Notes under the pieces: model-generated
What the model saw: the letters and a program-made list of their open reading frames with translations, nothing else
Databases searched by the model: none
Told to the model about the DNA's origin: nothing
Shown: positions 9,308 through 17,800 of the stretch, one piece after another
Position numbering within the stretch: the first letter of the stretch is position 1
How the letters are laid out: every line of letters begins with the position of its first letter
Made by a program: the position numbers and the translations under genes
IMG/VR virus record: IMGVR_UViG_3300042564_006100
Location: 1-64,000 of that record
DNA length: 64,000 nt
From: a virus
Strand: one strand, 5' to 3'

Positions 9308-10996
9308 TTACGCGAAAACCGCCTCCCCCGGTGTCGTGGTGTTGCCCTTGTTTTTGGTGTTGTCGTGGATCTTCTTGAGCCAGTCGGTCTGCCGCTTGTT
9401 TTCCTCTAGCAGCCCTGCGTTCGCGCTGCGGCCGAAGAGCATGTTCATGGATTGCGCGAAGGAACCGAGCTGACCTGATCCACCCGCGATGACTGCCGGA
9501 GCCGTCGGCTTTTCCGCCGCTGCCGCCATGCCGATTTGCTTGCCCGTCTTCGCCGGAGGAATGGCCGCTTTTATGCGCTCCACGGTGTCGCCGAACTCGC
9601 GCTTCATGCCGGACGTGTCGATAGCTTCCGCGGTGTTGGCGAAAGTCTCACTGAAACGGGTCTTCACGTTCTCACCGGCCTCCGCCAGACGTTGGGCGAT
9701 CTTCTGGGCGGCAGGTTCCAACAGATCACCCGCTTTCGAGAATCGCCCCGCCGCATCTTCATCGAGGATCGCCGCGCTTTCTTGAATCGTCTTCTGGATG
9801 TTGTTGAATGCATCCTCTTTGCCGAACAATTCGGCCAGCGGGCGCGCCACCTCGATGATTTCCGAGAATCCTTTTTGCAGGAAGCTGATGGCTGATAGGA
9901 AAATGCCGATGATGGCATTGCCCATTCCGCTCCAGAACTCGGGAGTCGTCAGGATTTGGAAATAAGTGACCGCCGTCTTGAAATACTCGACGATGTATTG
10001 GCCGGTGGCCGCGATGGTCGCCCGCAGCGTGGCCCACAGGAAATTCACGCTCTGCGCGAACGCCAGCTTGAGCGACGTCCAGACAAGGTTGAGTGCCTCG
10101 CCGCTGCGGAAAATCGCGACCAGGAACTGTCCGGCTTCTGCCAGCTTGGGCTTGGCCATCTCCACGAATTCAAGGAACTGCGGCGTGATGGATGCTAGCG
10201 CTGCCGCCAGTGGTTTGCCCACTTCCTCAAATCCCTGATTCAGCGCGGCCTTGATCTGGACGGACGCATCCGCAGTTGCGGCCGCCGTGCCGCCGACCTG
10301 CTTTTCGATGGCGGCGAGAACCAACGCCTGCGCCTCGTGCATCCGGTTGGATTCTGCCAGAGTCTTGATCTTCGCTTTCTCATCTTCGGTGAAGGTGATG
10401 CCCGAACGCCGCAAGGCAGCGAGGCCGTTGACCGGATCGTTGAGCGCCTTGCCAAGCTGGACGGCGTTCTGTTCGGCAGCGCCAAAACCCGCCGCCGCCA
10501 TGTCCACGGCCGCCTGGGTGGCCCGATCAAAATTGCCGCCCAGCTCGTCGGCGGTATTGGCGAGTTCCTTGAAGGTGAGGAGCTTCGCCTGGGTCATTTG
10601 AATCGCATTGCCATCGACTCCGGTTTGCAACTCGATCTTATCCGCGAGGTTGTTGAGTCGCTCGGCCACCACGTCGGACTGGTCGCCGAACAGCCCCATC
10701 GACTTGGCGATGTTGCGGACGCGGGCGTCAGCGGAATTTGCCGCCTCACCCGACAGAATCAGCTTGTAGGTCAACGCTCCAATCGCAGCACCAGCGGCGG
10801 CCACAGCGGCGGCGACAACAGCCGTTCCCTTGGCGACCGATTTCATGGCGCTGCCCATCGAAGCGAAGCCCTTGGAAGCTCCCGACGACATGCCGGCCAT
10901 CGAGTTTTTTAAGCCGCCGGTTTCCGACTTGGCACTCTTCAACGCGGACTGGAATCCAGCCGTGTTGAGTGTCAGCAGTGCGGTGAGCTTGGCCAT
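9308..10996 (-). CDS. Tail tape measure protein
   Basis: Ala-rich helical; QLGKALNDPVNGLAALRRSGITFT motif. Confidence 0.9.
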   Translation of the reverse strand: MAKLTALLTLNTAGFQSALKSAKSETGGLKNSMAGMSSGASKGFASMGSAMKSVAKGTAVVAAAVAAAGAAIGALTYKLILSGEAANSADARVRNIAKSMGLFGDQSDVVAERLNNLADKIELQTGVDGNAIQMTQAKLLTFKELANTADELGGNFDRATQAAVDMAAAGFGAAEQNAVQLGKALNDPVNGLAALRRSGITFTEDEKAKIKTLAESNRMHEAQALVLAAIEKQVGGTAAATADASVQIKAALNQGFEEVGKPLAAALASITPQFLEFVEMAKPKLAEAGQFLVAIFRSGEALNLVWTSLKLAFAQSVNFLWATLRATIAATGQYIVEYFKTAVTYFQILTTPEFWSGMGNAIIGIFLSAISFLQKGFSEIIEVARPLAELFGKEDAFNNIQKTIQESAAILDEDAAGRFSKAGDLLEPAAQKIAQRLAEAGENVKTRFSETFANTAEAIDTSGMKREFGDTVERIKAAIPPAKTGKQIGMAAAAEKPTAPAVIAGGSGQLGSFAQSMNMLFGRSANAGLLEENKRQTDWLKKIHDNTKNKGNTTTPGEAVFA

Positions 10997-11250
10997 CTGG
11001 CACTGGGTGACTTGTCAATCGAAGCCGGACTTAGTATGGACTGGAGTGCTAACAAGAAAGCTTGACTCGTTATTAGAAATTTATGGGAATCCTTTGCGCC
11101 GCATTGGATTGTCGGTAGCAGGGGGACGTTTTCGCAGTTGAAGGCGTCCTCCCTTTGATCCCGCTAGAAGTCAGCGCAGGCGAGCGCGTGAGCAGGTTCG
11201 GTGAGATTGGCCATCTGGCAACGATGGTCATGTCAATCGAAGCCGGACTT
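10981..11250. repeat. Imperfect 52-bp direct repeat (10981-11032, 11199-11250)
   Basis: CGGTGAGmTTGGCCATCTGGCA...TGTCAATCGAAGCCGGACTT twice. Confidence 0.85.
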
Positions 11251-11907
11251 CCCCTTCACGTTGGCGAAGAAATAGAGCAGCCGTTTTTCAATGGAACGGG
11301 TCTGCACCCGGAGAGCTGCATTCACCCGCGCCCGCAGGCCATTGACCTTGGCGGCCCACTCGACGGCATTGGTGATCGACGCGCTGATCTCCCCGTCACT
11401 CACCTTGATGTCGGTGCTACCGGGCGCGGCGTGGCGAGACACCCACGCGGGCACTCGGATTTTCCCAACGCTCTGCGCCGCCGTGGCCCACGCCGATGCC
11501 AGATAGCCGACCCGCGCCTTCTTCGCCTTGATCAGCTCGGCAATCAGCGCCTTCGGTGCCTTGAGCTTGGTGCCGCCCTTGGCCACGCGCATGGTCCCGC
11601 TCTTCCGCCGAGACTTGAGAACCGAGCGCATTTGGGCGACCGAATCAACATCCGCCCGCTTCGGGTCAGACACCCCGCGGAACACGGCGCGGATGTCGCC
11701 GGTGATCGCCTGTTCACCCAGCTTCTTTGCCTTCACCCCGCGTGTGCTGCCCCGGCTCGGGGGCGTGAAGTCCAACAGGTGACGGATGAAGCCACGGATT
11801 TGTTCCTTCATGAAGGTCTCGCCGTCGCGCTTCGAATAATGGGCGAGCCGGTCGGCGGCCCGCTGGAACTCGTCGACATGCAGCTTGAATTTCACTTCGT
11901 CACCCAT
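11233..11907 (-). CDS. Basic phage virion morphogenesis (HK97 gp10-like) protein
   Basis: Position in tail operon; basic; GYLASAW motif; ATG 11907 lies 15 nt after TTGACG. Confidence 0.55.
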   Translation of the reverse strand: MGDEVKFKLHVDEFQRAADRLAHYSKRDGETFMKEQIRGFIRHLLDFTPPSRGSTRGVKAKKLGEQAITGDIRAVFRGVSDPKRADVDSVAQMRSVLKSRRKSGTMRVAKGGTKLKAPKALIAELIKAKKARVGYLASAWATAAQSVGKIRVPAWVSRHAAPGSTDIKVSDGEISASITNAVEWAAKVNGLRARVNAALRVQTRSIEKRLLYFFANVKGKSGFD

Positions 11908-12154
11908 CGTCATCTTCGGCTTCGTCAATCATGCGGTCGATGAGTCCGATCAACGCGTCCGGTGCGAGTGCCTGCATCGTCTCTTCGGTGGGTGGTTCAA
12001 GCGTCCAGAGATTGGCTGCTTGGAGCGAGCAGTGGTAATACTGGAGGGCACGCGCCATCGGCAGCCGCCAGATGATGAATTCCTCGCTCCAACCGGTGTC
12101 CTTGGCGATGGTGAATACCGCGCTCGCCAGCCAGCCGGGATTCAGGACTTTCCC
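11900..12154 (-). CDS. -1 frameshift extension of tail assembly chaperone (gpGT-like)
   Basis: G GGA AAG slippery site 12148-12154; -1 frame reads VLNPGWLASAVFTIAKDTGWSEEFIIWRLP... to stop at 11900. Confidence 0.7.
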   Translation of the reverse strand, partial: GKVLNPGWLASAVFTIAKDTGWSEEFIIWRLPMARALQYYHCSLQAANLWTLEPPTEETMQALAPDALIGLIDRMIDEAEDDDG

Positions 12155-12561
12155 GGCGCATCGTCATTGCTCGACGGATACTTGCTTTCGACGCGGACGC
12201 TGGATGCGGCAAGCATCGCGTTGATCCGGTTGATTTCCGCCATCAACCCCGGGAGCATGTCGAAGGTGACGTTGAGGGAGAACTTGAGCACGCAACGATC
12301 CACGGTGTCGTCACGGACGGCGTCCGCGATGTCATCTTCATCCGCCGACTGCATCCATGCAAAGGCCATGATTTGCCGCTGCTCTTCCAAATCATCAAGG
12401 TCCAACGGCGGATCATCCTTGCCACGAGTGAACATGGTGAGCTTGAGCAGATAGGCCAGTTGCATCGAGCCCATGGTGTAGGGACGAAGCTTGAGGTTGC
12501 CGATCCGGCGTTCCCCACTGTCGATCATGCCAGTGGCCAGTTGTAATTCGCGGTCGTTCAT
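12142..12561 (-). CDS. Tail assembly chaperone (gpG-like)
   Basis: Upstream of tape measure; ends ...PGKS over lambda-type slippery site. Confidence 0.7.
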   Translation of the reverse strand: MNDRELQLATGMIDSGERRIGNLKLRPYTMGSMQLAYLLKLTMFTRGKDDPPLDLDDLEEQRQIMAFAWMQSADEDDIADAVRDDTVDRCVLKFSLNVTFDMLPGLMAEINRINAMLAASSVRVESKYPSSNDDAPGKS

Positions 12562-12565
12562 GATG

Positions 12566-13033
12566 TCAGAATTCGGAAAGGATTTGCTCGCGGGTGGCCT
12601 TGCTCGCCTCGTCAGATCCGCTCGGCACGATGGCAATGCGCTTGCCTTTGCGGATCAGCAGCATCGGGCGCATCGTCTTCACCTTGTCGAGCAGCCGGTT
12701 GTGCTGGTCATTCATCGCCCGCAGATAGGCAATCGGGTGGTTGGCGTTGGCTTCGCACCAGTCGAGCGATTCATAGCGCTTGCGGAACTCGTCGAAGGTG
12801 ATGCTTTCCGCGACCTCGATGGGCTCGAAGCTGAGTTTGGCCGCGCCGTCCATCAGCCAGGTGACGGTGCGTTTCGCGCCGTTGGGCGTCTGTTCGACCG
12901 TGTCGGAATAGGCGGCTTCGGTGGCGAACATGCCGCCGCTGGAGAGTGCCGCCGCGACCAATCGAGTGTTGCGGCTTTCGGTGGGTTTGGTGTCGTGATC
13001 GCGCACGACGCTGATGGTGGTTCCTTCTTTCAT
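12566..13033 (-). CDS. Hypothetical phage protein
   Basis: Fits operon from MKEGTTISV; upstream ORF extension overlaps other genes. Confidence 0.6.
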   Translation of the reverse strand: MKEGTTISVVRDHDTKPTESRNTRLVAAALSSGGMFATEAAYSDTVEQTPNGAKRTVTWLMDGAAKLSFEPIEVAESITFDEFRKRYESLDWCEANANHPIAYLRAMNDQHNRLLDKVKTMRPMLLIRKGKRIAIVPSGSDEASKATREQILSEF

Positions 13034-13050
13034 GGGGTGATCCTTTTTTG

Positions 13051-13392
13051 TTATGGTGCCGATGCTCCGGCCCCCGGGTGGTTGATTCCCGAGAGCTCGA
13101 ACGAGTTGTAGTCCTCGTTGGTCTGGGAGTTTTTGACTGAGGTGATGATGGTGGTGCCACCCGTGATCTGCTCGGGCACGTAGGCGGCGGAGGATCCACC
13201 TAGCAGTGATTCGGCAGCGACGCCCCGACCCTTGACCGAGAAGCTGAATGACGGGTCGTAGCGGTTGCCCGTCTCGAACGCGCCATCGCTCTTCTTGATG
13301 ATCTTGTGTTCGAGCTGTTTTTGCACGTCCACGCTCTCCACCAGGGCGGCGGTGACGCACTTGACTCCGATTTCGTTGAATGCTGCGGGCAT
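13051..13392 (-). CDS. Putative small tail tube protein (paralog 2)
   Basis: Position; shares MPAxF start and TSVK..xNxDxxSFE with neighbour. Confidence 0.5.
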   Translation of the reverse strand: MPAAFNEIGVKCVTAALVESVDVQKQLEHKIIKKSDGAFETGNRYDPSFSFSVKGRGVAAESLLGGSSAAYVPEQITGGTTIITSVKNSQTNEDYNSFELSGINHPGAGASAP

Positions 13393-13407
13393 GGGAATGA
13401 TGAAAAG

Positions 13408-13722
13408 TTAGATGTCGTCGTAGGCGGTTGCCTGAATCTCGAAGGATGGGAAATCGTCGTTGCTTTCCGTCACCTTCACCGAAGTCACGAACGCCGCGCC
13501 CTTGGTGATCGCACCGGCGGCGACATCGCCAAAATTCACGGTGCCTTTGCCGGACAGCGTGATGCTGCGGGTGATCAGCTTTTTCGGCTTGGCCACCACG
13601 GTCAGACCGAGCGAGTCCCGCAGGGTAGCCACTTCGATGGAGGCGTCGGCAGACGATTCCTGGGCGTGGCCGGTGGCGGGTGCGAGTCCGTGCAGGTTGG
13701 TGACTCCGAAGGTGGCGGGCAT
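13408..13722 (-). CDS. Putative small tail tube protein (paralog 1)
   Basis: Position; paralog of 13051-13392. Confidence 0.5.
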   Translation of the reverse strand: MPATFGVTNLHGLAPATGHAQESSADASIEVATLRDSLGLTVVAKPKKLITRSITLSGKGTVNFGDVAAGAITKGAAFVTSVKVTESNDDFPSFEIQATAYDDI

Positions 13723-13727
13723 GACTC

Positions 13728-14129
13728 TTACGGCGGGTTGTCAACCGGCGTCCAATCCACCCCGAGAATCCCCTCGATGGTGGTGAGCCAGCGGTCGTCG
13801 TCCGTCACGGCGGTGGCGTGGGCTTTCGTCCGGAATCCGCCGACCGTGAATCCACTCGCCGGAGGTAGCACACTTTCCATGATGCCCTTCACCGCATGGG
13901 CGAGTGCGGCGTGTTGGGTCCGGTTGTCGGTGGGTGACGAGACGAGAATCTTGACCGTCGCTCGATGCAGCGGGCCGACCACATTTTCAATCGAGTCTGC
14001 CAGCACGAGGATCGCATCGGATTCGGGCGGACGAATGTCGGAGGAGGTCCCGGTGAACACCTCGGGCGCGGAGACCAGTTGCGCGGAGGTAAACAGGCCG
14101 GCCAGGTAATCTTCGATGGCTTGGTTCAT
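13728..14129 (-). CDS. Putative tail terminator / neck protein
   Basis: Size and position. Confidence 0.5.
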   Translation of the reverse strand: MNQAIEDYLAGLFTSAQLVSAPEVFTGTSSDIRPPESDAILVLADSIENVVGPLHRATVKILVSSPTDNRTQHAALAHAVKGIMESVLPPASGFTVGGFRTKAHATAVTDDDRWLTTIEGILGVDWTPVDNPP

Positions 14130-14140
14130 GGTGGTGGTTT

Positions 14141-14449
14141 TCAGCGGCGGGCCACGCGGTATTCGATGATGCCTGCGCCGGGCTTGCGGTTGATCTCGTC
14201 GATCTTGTAGCGGTCGCCGCCGATCAGGATCGTGTCGTTGTAGGCGGGCTGCGGAATTGGTAGATGGGCCACGAGCAACCTCACGGTGAGTGCGCCGTCC
14301 TGGGTGAATCCGCCTTCCTCAAGATCGACGGCAAGTCCGCTGGGCGAAACCATCGCCTGATAGTCTTTGCCGCCTATTGTTACAGGGACACCGGCATCGC
14401 GGAGGATTTCAACGAATGCCTCAGCAGCGGCGGCTTGGAGCGAGTTCAT
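14141..14449 (-). CDS. Head-tail joining (gpFII-like) protein
   Basis: PAYNDTILIGGDRYKIDEI; follows capsid gene. Confidence 0.65.
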   Translation of the reverse strand: MNSLQAAAAEAFVEILRDAGVPVTIGGKDYQAMVSPSGLAVDLEEGGFTQDGALTVRLLVAHLPIPQPAYNDTILIGGDRYKIDEINRKPGAGIIEYRVARR

Positions 14450-14475
14450 GCCCGGCACGAGGTGTCAATCGACTG

Positions 14476-14513
14476 AAACAAAACACCCCCTCCGGTTTCC
14501 CGGAGAGGGCGTT
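14476..14513 (-). terminator. Terminator after major capsid gene
   Basis: Hairpin CCCTCTCCGG-GAAA-CCGGAGGGGG followed by TGTTTTGTTT. Confidence 0.65.
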
Positions 14514-14539
14514 CCCATGAACCGCATTACCCAGAAAAA

Positions 14540-15436
14540 TCAGACCGGACGGACGATGCGCTCGATGACCGGTTTGTTGCCCGTGGCGAAGCCGTACATG
14601 AGCGTGAAACTCACTTCCTGCTTGCCGAGGCGGCCGTCGTAGCGGTCACGCACTTGGATGGATAGCCCTGTGCGCGGGTCAGTGACGACGCGGATCACGG
14701 TGTCGCCGGTGTTGGTCGGGACATCCGGCACGCGGGCGGCCATGATGAGTCCCTCGCGGATGCCTGCGAATCCCACCAGGCGCTCGCCGTTTTCCGGGAG
14801 GGCCGAGTATTCGATCACGGTGAAGCCGTTCACGTCGGGCAGCAATCCGGTGACTACCACGTTACCTGCCGCAGGAGTGATGAACGCCTTGTAGAGCGCC
14901 TCGTCCTTTTGCAGGGAGTTGTAGTAGTCCGAGTTGACGAACATGAAGCGGCCCATGTCTGGGATGAATCGCTTATTGAGCTTGGTGCTGATGTCCACCA
15001 CGGAGTTACGCCCGAAGGATGCTGCGGCCACGCTGGTGTTGTTCGTGAAGTTGGCGTTGATGATGAGTGCCATGAGGTCATCACTCACCTTGCGACCAAG
15101 CGCGTAGGCCACCTTGTCGGCGTAGCGTTGGTTGAGGTCAATCTCACTGGTCGAGCGTTCCACGTCGGTGATGGCATAACCCGCGTAGGCGTGCTTGTTG
15201 ATCTTCACGCTCACGTCGACCTGTGCTTGGTCGTCGGGCACGTATCCGGTAGCAGGAACGAAGTCCTTGGCCACGGTGGGAGTGACGATGTGGGTGACGA
15301 TGTCCTGGTTGAACTTCACGCTCGCCGAGGAAAAGTCGGTGGCGATTTGTCCAAGGAGCGGGAATCGGGCCAGCAGCGTGTTGAGCGCGGTCTGGGCGAT
15401 GATGGCGGAATTAACCGTGGCGTGTGAGTTGGGCAT
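14540..15436 (-). CDS. Major capsid protein
   Basis: 298 aa after protease; HK97/P22-coat-like pattern (TxxxHxY...D, RFMFVN, TLMYGF). Confidence 0.85.
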   Translation of the reverse strand: MPNSHATVNSAIIAQTALNTLLARFPLLGQIATDFSSASVKFNQDIVTHIVTPTVAKDFVPATGYVPDDQAQVDVSVKINKHAYAGYAITDVERSTSEIDLNQRYADKVAYALGRKVSDDLMALIINANFTNNTSVAAASFGRNSVVDISTKLNKRFIPDMGRFMFVNSDYYNSLQKDEALYKAFITPAAGNVVVTGLLPDVNGFTVIEYSALPENGERLVGFAGIREGLIMAARVPDVPTNTGDTVIRVVTDPRTGLSIQVRDRYDGRLGKQEVSFTLMYGFATGNKPVIERIVRPV

Positions 15437-15442
15437 GGCAGG

Positions 15443-16726
15443 TTAGCGGGTGAAATGTTTGGCGAGGTGTTGTTGATAGAAGGCGGCAGCTTCCACGGGT
15501 TTGTGGTCAGTGACGAGCTGCTCGTATTGGGCGACGAGTTCGTTCAGGGAGCTCGCTTGAGGGGCTTGTTGGGAGTCGCCAGCCGGGGTGATGCGGGCGG
15601 GCAGCGTGGTGCCGGTGGAGGCGACGACACGGGCGACTTCGAGTTGCAGTCTGCGGTCGAAATCCGACTGAGATGCTTGGAGTGCGGTGATGCGCGAGTG
15701 CAAGGTGGCGGATTCCTGAATGGATGAATCACGCTCGGTGGTGAGCGATTCGAGCTGAGCCGTAAGAGTTTCCACTTCACCACGCAGGGCATCGAGCGCC
15801 GTGGAGTTTTCAGTGAGGAGTTCGGTTTGTGCCTGATAATCCCGCGTAAGGTCATCGACCTGCGTGCGGGCTTCGAGGAGTTGGTCTTCGAGTGCGGTAG
15901 TCATCGCACGTGTTCCCATGTCAACCGCTGCGTGATAGACCTTGAGGCGGCGCATTGCTTCGGCGCGGTCTTGGACCATGCCTGCGAGGTTGTGGCGCTG
16001 GGCTTGGCGTCCGCTGAAAGTCTGGCCTTCCATGGCCTCAGCAGGAATGGCGCGCCCTTTTGCCAACACGGCGGCGTGAAATTCCCCGGCAATTTCTGCC
16101 AGGTTCGATTGGATCAACTCGCGTTGGTCGTCGGTCAGCGGAGTGCCTGGAGCGCCCATCGCCTTGTATTTGCCGACAGAAAAAACCTCCACCTTGATGC
16201 CTGCGGCATTGATGGCTGCCGAACGATCGACCACCGCTTGCACGACACCGATGGACCCGACTTGAGCGGAGGGCGTGGCGTAAATGGCACGCGCTTGGCT
16301 GGCAATCCAGTAAGCGGCGGACGCCATCAGGCCGGATGAGAAGGCATAGACTGGCTTCTTCTTATCGAGGGCGGACACGGCAGCGGCTATCTCGGGAGTG
16401 CCGGCCACGGTTCCACCTGGAGAATCGATGTCCAAAAACACCGCTTTGATGTCGGGACGCGAAGCGGCTTCTTGAATCGCAGCTCCGATTTCCTCGGAGT
16501 CGGTCGCGCCCATCAGCACCCGGGCGAAGATGTCGGGCTTGCGGATGATGGGGCCGCTGATTGATACCGTGGCCACTCCATCTTCAACGGATAGCAGAGA
16601 GCTGGATGCTGGGTCACGGACGACTGGATTGCCGAGCGCACGGAAAGAATCCGCCGCAGCGATCATCGACCGAAGTGCATCAGGCTGAATCAGCCATTCA
16701 AGGTTTTGCAGGAGGAGCGAGTTCAC
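15443..16726 (-). CDS. S49 prohead protease with C-terminal coiled-coil scaffold
   Basis: DIDSPGG, MASAAYWIAS, VGSIGV motifs. Confidence 0.92.
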   Translation of the reverse strand: MNSLLLQNLEWLIQPDALRSMIAAADSFRALGNPVVRDPASSSLLSVEDGVATVSISGPIIRKPDIFARVLMGATDSEEIGAAIQEAASRPDIKAVFLDIDSPGGTVAGTPEIAAAVSALDKKKPVYAFSSGLMASAAYWIASQARAIYATPSAQVGSIGVVQAVVDRSAAINAAGIKVEVFSVGKYKAMGAPGTPLTDDQRELIQSNLAEIAGEFHAAVLAKGRAIPAEAMEGQTFSGRQAQRHNLAGMVQDRAEAMRRLKVYHAAVDMGTRAMTTALEDQLLEARTQVDDLTRDYQAQTELLTENSTALDALRGEVETLTAQLESLTTERDSSIQESATLHSRITALQASQSDFDRRLQLEVARVVASTGTTLPARITPAGDSQQAPQASSLNELVAQYEQLVTDHKPVEAAAFYQQHLAKHFTR

Positions 16727-16761
16727 GCTCGGGCATAGGTGTCAACGGGGAGCCGTTACAC

Positions 16762-16789
16762 AAAAAAGGCGGACCCGAAGATCCGCCTT
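16762..16789 (-). terminator. Terminator of inserted PEP-CTERM gene
   Basis: AAGGCGGA-loop-TCCGCCTTTTTT. Confidence 0.7.
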
Positions 16790-16817
16790 GAAATGCAATG
16801 CGAGTTGGAATGAACGA

Positions 16818-17729
16818 TCAACGTTTCCGGCGAATCAACATCATGCCGCCTGCGAGCATCGACAGGAGCATCGATGTGGGTTCAGGGACACTGGCGAGAC
16901 GGAACCCAAAGCTGGAGAACTCATACGTGGGGACGTCGCCGTAGCCGCCGCCGTTCGAGGAGTGCAATGGGCCGGAGCCGCCGAGGTTGACCCAAGCGCC
17001 CCCGCGAAACCCGCGAGACGAGTCGGACACAGCGTCAATCCATTCCCAGACGTTTCCTCCTTGGTCATAGGTTCTATAAGAACTTGCATCTCCGCTGTAG
17101 GTGCCTACGTCTGTTGAAGAGCCTACGGACAAATTGTAATTTGCATCTGCCGTGGTGATCGTATTTTGACCGTTCGGGTAGAGCGAGTAGGATGTAGTTG
17201 TCGCACTGTAATACGCTGCCTTATACCACTCATTCTCGTTTGGAATGTAAACTTGAGCCCCGATATTTGCTGTAATAATACCGCTAATCGCACCGTTGAG
17301 GGTGTAGGCTCCCGTCTCGGTGCTGCCATCCCCTTGGCTGTTGATCATCCAGTTGGCGAAGCGCGCCGCATCAAACCACGAGACGTAAACCACCGGGCGA
17401 TTGGCCAAGGCACTGGTCACGCTGTAAGTGTAGCTACCGGAGCTGCCGCTTTGAGTGATGCCATAGCTCGACATGCTGGAGTTGTAGAGTCCGTAGCTGT
17501 CGGTCTTAGCGGCGGCATTGAGGAACGCGCCATACTGGGTGTTGGTCACCTCGTATTTGCCAATCTGGTAAGCGTAACCGACTGCGCCGTAGCCTGTAAG
17601 TGGGTCTGCCGCGTTTCCGGCATTGCCGACGCTGACGTAATCGATGCTCACCGTGGCAAGAGCCGGAGTGATGAGAGGAACGCTGGCCAGTAATGTCAGT
17701 CCGATGGGGAAAAAACGGGAATGTTTCAT
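16818..17729 (-). CDS. PEP-CTERM protein with FGE-sulfatase (SUMF1) domain
   Basis: Signal peptide; GKYEVTN, NEWYKAAY, DQGGNVWEW, GFRLA; VPEP-TM-RRKR. Confidence 0.9.
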   Translation of the reverse strand: MKHSRFFPIGLTLLASVPLITPALATVSIDYVSVGNAGNAADPLTGYGAVGYAYQIGKYEVTNTQYGAFLNAAAKTDSYGLYNSSMSSYGITQSGSSGSYTYSVTSALANRPVVYVSWFDAARFANWMINSQGDGSTETGAYTLNGAISGIITANIGAQVYIPNENEWYKAAYYSATTTSYSLYPNGQNTITTADANYNLSVGSSTDVGTYSGDASSYRTYDQGGNVWEWIDAVSDSSRGFRGGAWVNLGGSGPLHSSNGGGYGDVPTYEFSSFGFRLASVPEPTSMLLSMLAGGMMLIRRKR

Positions 17730-17800
17730 AAATTCTTCAAAATCAATCCCCTTCTAGCCGTTCCGTCTCAAGAGGCAACCACAATTCCCAATTTTCAAAA

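Noticed and set aside
12566-13744. 392-aa ORF as listed in the ORF track
   Set aside because: 5' part overlaps two better-supported genes; start moved to 13033
16818-17729. FGE/C-type-lectin-fold gene as a diversity-generating retroelement target
   Set aside because: No reverse transcriptase or template repeat seen in the window
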